From positions 1 through 64,000 of the forward strand of contig NW_015165348.1 of NCBI RefSeq assembly GCF_001447785.1: DNA of 64,000 nt, read 5' to 3'. This DNA is from Gekko japonicus. Lineage: Eukaryota. The translations under genes and the position numbers were made by a program. This document shows, piece after piece, positions 61,030 to 64,000 of the stretch. The first letter of the stretch is position 1, and the number at the start of each line of letters is the position of its first letter. Below the pieces are notes generated by a model. That model was not told where the DNA came from, ran no database searches, and was given only the letters and a program-made list of their open reading frames with translations.

Positions 61030-61325
61030 TTCTGCATTATAGACTGGGGGAAATGGAGGCTGCAGTCGTGACCTGCTTGTTGGAACAACGGCCTTTGTTC
61101 TTCCTGCTGGGACAGCCTAGCTTTGATCTGTTCAGTGTGCTGCAAAGCTGCCCAGCGTCCTCAGGCTTCGGCTTGTGAGGTGCCGCTTGTGCCACCCTGC
61201 CTTTGCCAAAGCCCGCGGGAGCGGAGGGCACCCGATGGCTCCATGATGCTGTGCTTCTCTTTCAAGCGCTCCTGGTGGCTCTCAGAGTTCCCCCACAATC
61301 CTGCGTCTCTCGCCTCTCTGCACAG

Positions 61326-61484
61326 GTGATGGAGAGCGAGGAGTTCATGCTGCTTCCGGCCAACCAGCTCATCGACATCATCTCCAGCGACGAGCTGAAC
61401 GTCCGGAGCGAGGAGCAGGTGTTCAACGCCGTGATGGCTTGGGTGAAATACAGCATTCAGGAGAGGCGACCTCAGCTCCCCCAG
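61326..61484 (+). CDS. KLHL20: KLHL20 exon (BACK domain)
   Basis: cacag| [53 protein letters not shown] |gtagcc. 159 nt. Confidence 0.98.
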
Positions 61485-63163
61485 GTAGCCATTCTTTATG
61501 GGAGTCCATGGACAGAGCTGGCTTTACCATGGCACACATCTGTTTAGTTAACTATATCTGTATATGTATGTGTAAATACACGCAGAGGGAGTGCTATCTA
61601 TGTACAGAATCATAGAGTTGGAACTTGGAAGGGACCTCCAGGGTCATCTAGTCCAAGCCCCCCTGCACAATGCATGTACAGTGTACATGGTAATTTTCAT
61701 ATTAACATAAGAAGAGCCCCATCTAAGTTACAGCAGTGGATGAAGGTAACAAAGGAAAAGGGGGTGTTCATTTTTACATTGTACACATGGCTATAGTCAT
61801 GGCGTGGCCAGACACCCTTAACTACATGCCATGAGCCTCCCGAAATGGTCACCTTCTATCCTCCCCAAAATCTCATTTTTTTTGCTTCCACCGTTTGGTT
61901 AAGGAGCTACAACAAATGCGTGCAGGCAGTATTTTGCCTGTAAGAAGAAAACCCACTCCTGTCTTCTGTCCTTGAGAACAAAGAAGGGTTGCTAGCTGGG
62001 TTGGGAAATGTCTGTAGAGCTCAACAGGAAACTCATGCTCCAGAGCTTCCACTTTCTCCAGGGGAACTGATCTCTAGTCTGGAGACTAGTTGTATTTCTG
62101 GGAGAACTCCAGGCCCCATCTAGAGGTTGGGCAGCCTGCTGTAAAGGCATTGGAATGATGTACAAGTGCTGTTCATTAAAAAACATTAAATAGCTGTATG
62201 CTCCCCAAATTACTTCTCTGGGGCTGTAAAGGCAGTCTTCGTTTTGAGATCCATAGGAGGGACCTGTCTCTGAACGACTTTGTTGCTGGAGGGCAGACTG
62301 CACTAGGGCACACCGAAATAGAGGGGGCGGGGAGAGGAACAAAAGGAATGGGTAGAGCAAGATGTGAACTAGCTGGATATGTCCTTCCTTTGCACCTTCT
62401 CCTGAGAGGATGGTCCTCCTTCCCCCACTCAGTCTTGGCTGGTAGGAATGGACGAGAGGGCATTCTTAGTCCACGAAGCTACACTGAGTTTTCTTTGTCG
62501 CTTTCATGGTCTTCTGTAAGCAAGAAGGGGACACCTTCTTCCCTGGTATGCTTTAATATCCAGAATAAACTGGGTTAAATGTACTGGACTACATGAACTT
62601 ACGCACTCAAAAATATCCATCGCCACAGTTCTGTTTTTATGGACTTGAAACGATCTTCACTATGGCTTCCCTGATGGAAATCAGGTGCTTGTTTTAAGAC
62701 ATCATTCTAAAGTGGGCCGGGAAGAACTAAATTTTGGTAGGTATTATCTGGCGTTGACTGTTCTTTGCGGTCAGTAGCCAAATCAGAATCCAAAACCATG
62801 GTCTGAAGCTCATTTTGCAACTCCTGGCTTTTGTTAAGTATCTGTGGCTTGGCACAGATGGACCGTAGTTATGGTCATCGCTCAACCTCCAAAGGCGACA
62901 GTGCAATGAATTCATGGAGAAGTTGAGTGCTGAGAGGACAGAGAACTAAACTGGACAAGCTACTTTAAACCATGGGATTCCTGTTTAACAGATGGGTGTT
63001 GAGTGCCTGTAATGTAATGTAATCAAGCCTGATGCCTTTTGGTACTTTGTAACTACATCTACCTAGAAGGCTGAGAAACCCTCCATAAATGGTGGTGCCT
63101 GCTAGGCCTCCTCGGTGCCCGGGTTGAATCCTCATTTCCTCCTCAGCCATTCTCTGCTTGCAG

Positions 63164-63258
63164 GTGTTGCAACATGTCCGGCTGCCTCTGCTCAGTCCAA
63201 AATTCCTGGTGGGCACAGTTGGCTCAGATCCGCTAATTAAAAGTGATGAAGAATGCAG
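63164..63258 (+). CDS. KLHL20: KLHL20 exon (BACK end); the gene continues beyond the window
   Basis: tgcag| [31 protein letters not shown](R) |gtaagt. 95 nt. Confidence 0.97.
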
Positions 63259-63512
63259 GTAAGTTGCCCTTGGCAAAGAGGAACTTGTTAATGGTGGGGT
63301 TTTTTTGGGGGGGGGTTTTGAAATCTTCTGGAAACCTTCCTTCAGAAGATGGACTGTTCTTCTGTGTGTCATTATCCTGTTCTGAAGATCAAGGTGTGTT
63401 TGCTGCGGTGGGATATATAAGCAGACCAAAGAAGGTTAGAAGTTACCATGGTAGTATATGGATGGGAAATATATATGCAATATCATCTTCCATTGGTGAA
63501 AGCAGATGTATG

Positions 63513-63718
63513 CAGTGTTCCCTCTAAGCTGAGTTAGTGTGAGCTAGCTCATAGTTTTTTAGCCTCCGGTTCACACATTTTTGTCTGAGCTCAGTAAGGA
63601 TGACTCCAGAGCAAACTAATTTATGCAGTAGCCAAATTACTTGCTCACAACTTTAATGCCAATAGCTCACAAAGTAGAATTTTTGCTCACAAGACTCCAC
63701 AGCTTAGAGGGAGCATTG
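63513..63718 (+). mobile_element. hAT MITE family A, copy 3
   Basis: Same TIRs as copies 1 and 2. Perfect TSD GATGTATG. Confidence 0.92.
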
Positions 63719-64000
63719 GATGTATGTGTATTTTACCTGCATGCATAAATGGGTTGATCCAGAGAAAATATCACCTTAAGTCTCCGTGGCCAACACAGCA
63801 AGAACTGTCTGTATGAGCGACTCTGAAGTCCATATATCTTCCATATTTTCCATTTCATTCAGACAGGTTGAGTAATTAGCATTTTTAACATGTTGTGTGA
63901 CTACTTACAGCTGGAATAAATTTGGTCTATGGCTTTTTCTAAGAAAGCTGAGCTACCAGGAGCATGTCAGTTGATCGGTGAAACACTTGTCAGGGTTTAC

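Overview
Vertebrate genomic DNA, not microbial. It is squamate and most likely gecko, inferred from Sauria SINEs plus abundant CTT-tailed MIR/Ther1-derived Squam3-type SINEs. Gene content: complete PRDX6 (+, 5 exons, 224 aa), ANKRD45 (-, 4 clear coding exons plus candidate first and last exons), a two-exon TEX50-like membrane-protein gene nested antisense in an ANKRD45 intron, and the 5' part of KLHL20 (+, 4 coding exons, runs off the window). ANKRD45 and KLHL20 share a compact CpG-rich head-to-head promoter with an RFX X-box. The order matches human 1q25.1 (PRDX6-[SLC9C2]-ANKRD45/TEX50-KLHL20), but there is no room for SLC9C2. The ~6 kb gap instead holds transposon-interrupted fragments that read like a decayed TNF-receptor-superfamily gene (tentative). 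The rest is repeat-rich: hAT MITEs with 8-bp TSDs, SINEs, L1/L2/RTE/CR1 relics, Penelope relics with decayed hammerhead-ribozyme cores, and two solo LTRs. Most entries in the ORF track are spurious. Gene identities come from my recall of the human proteins, not from a database search.
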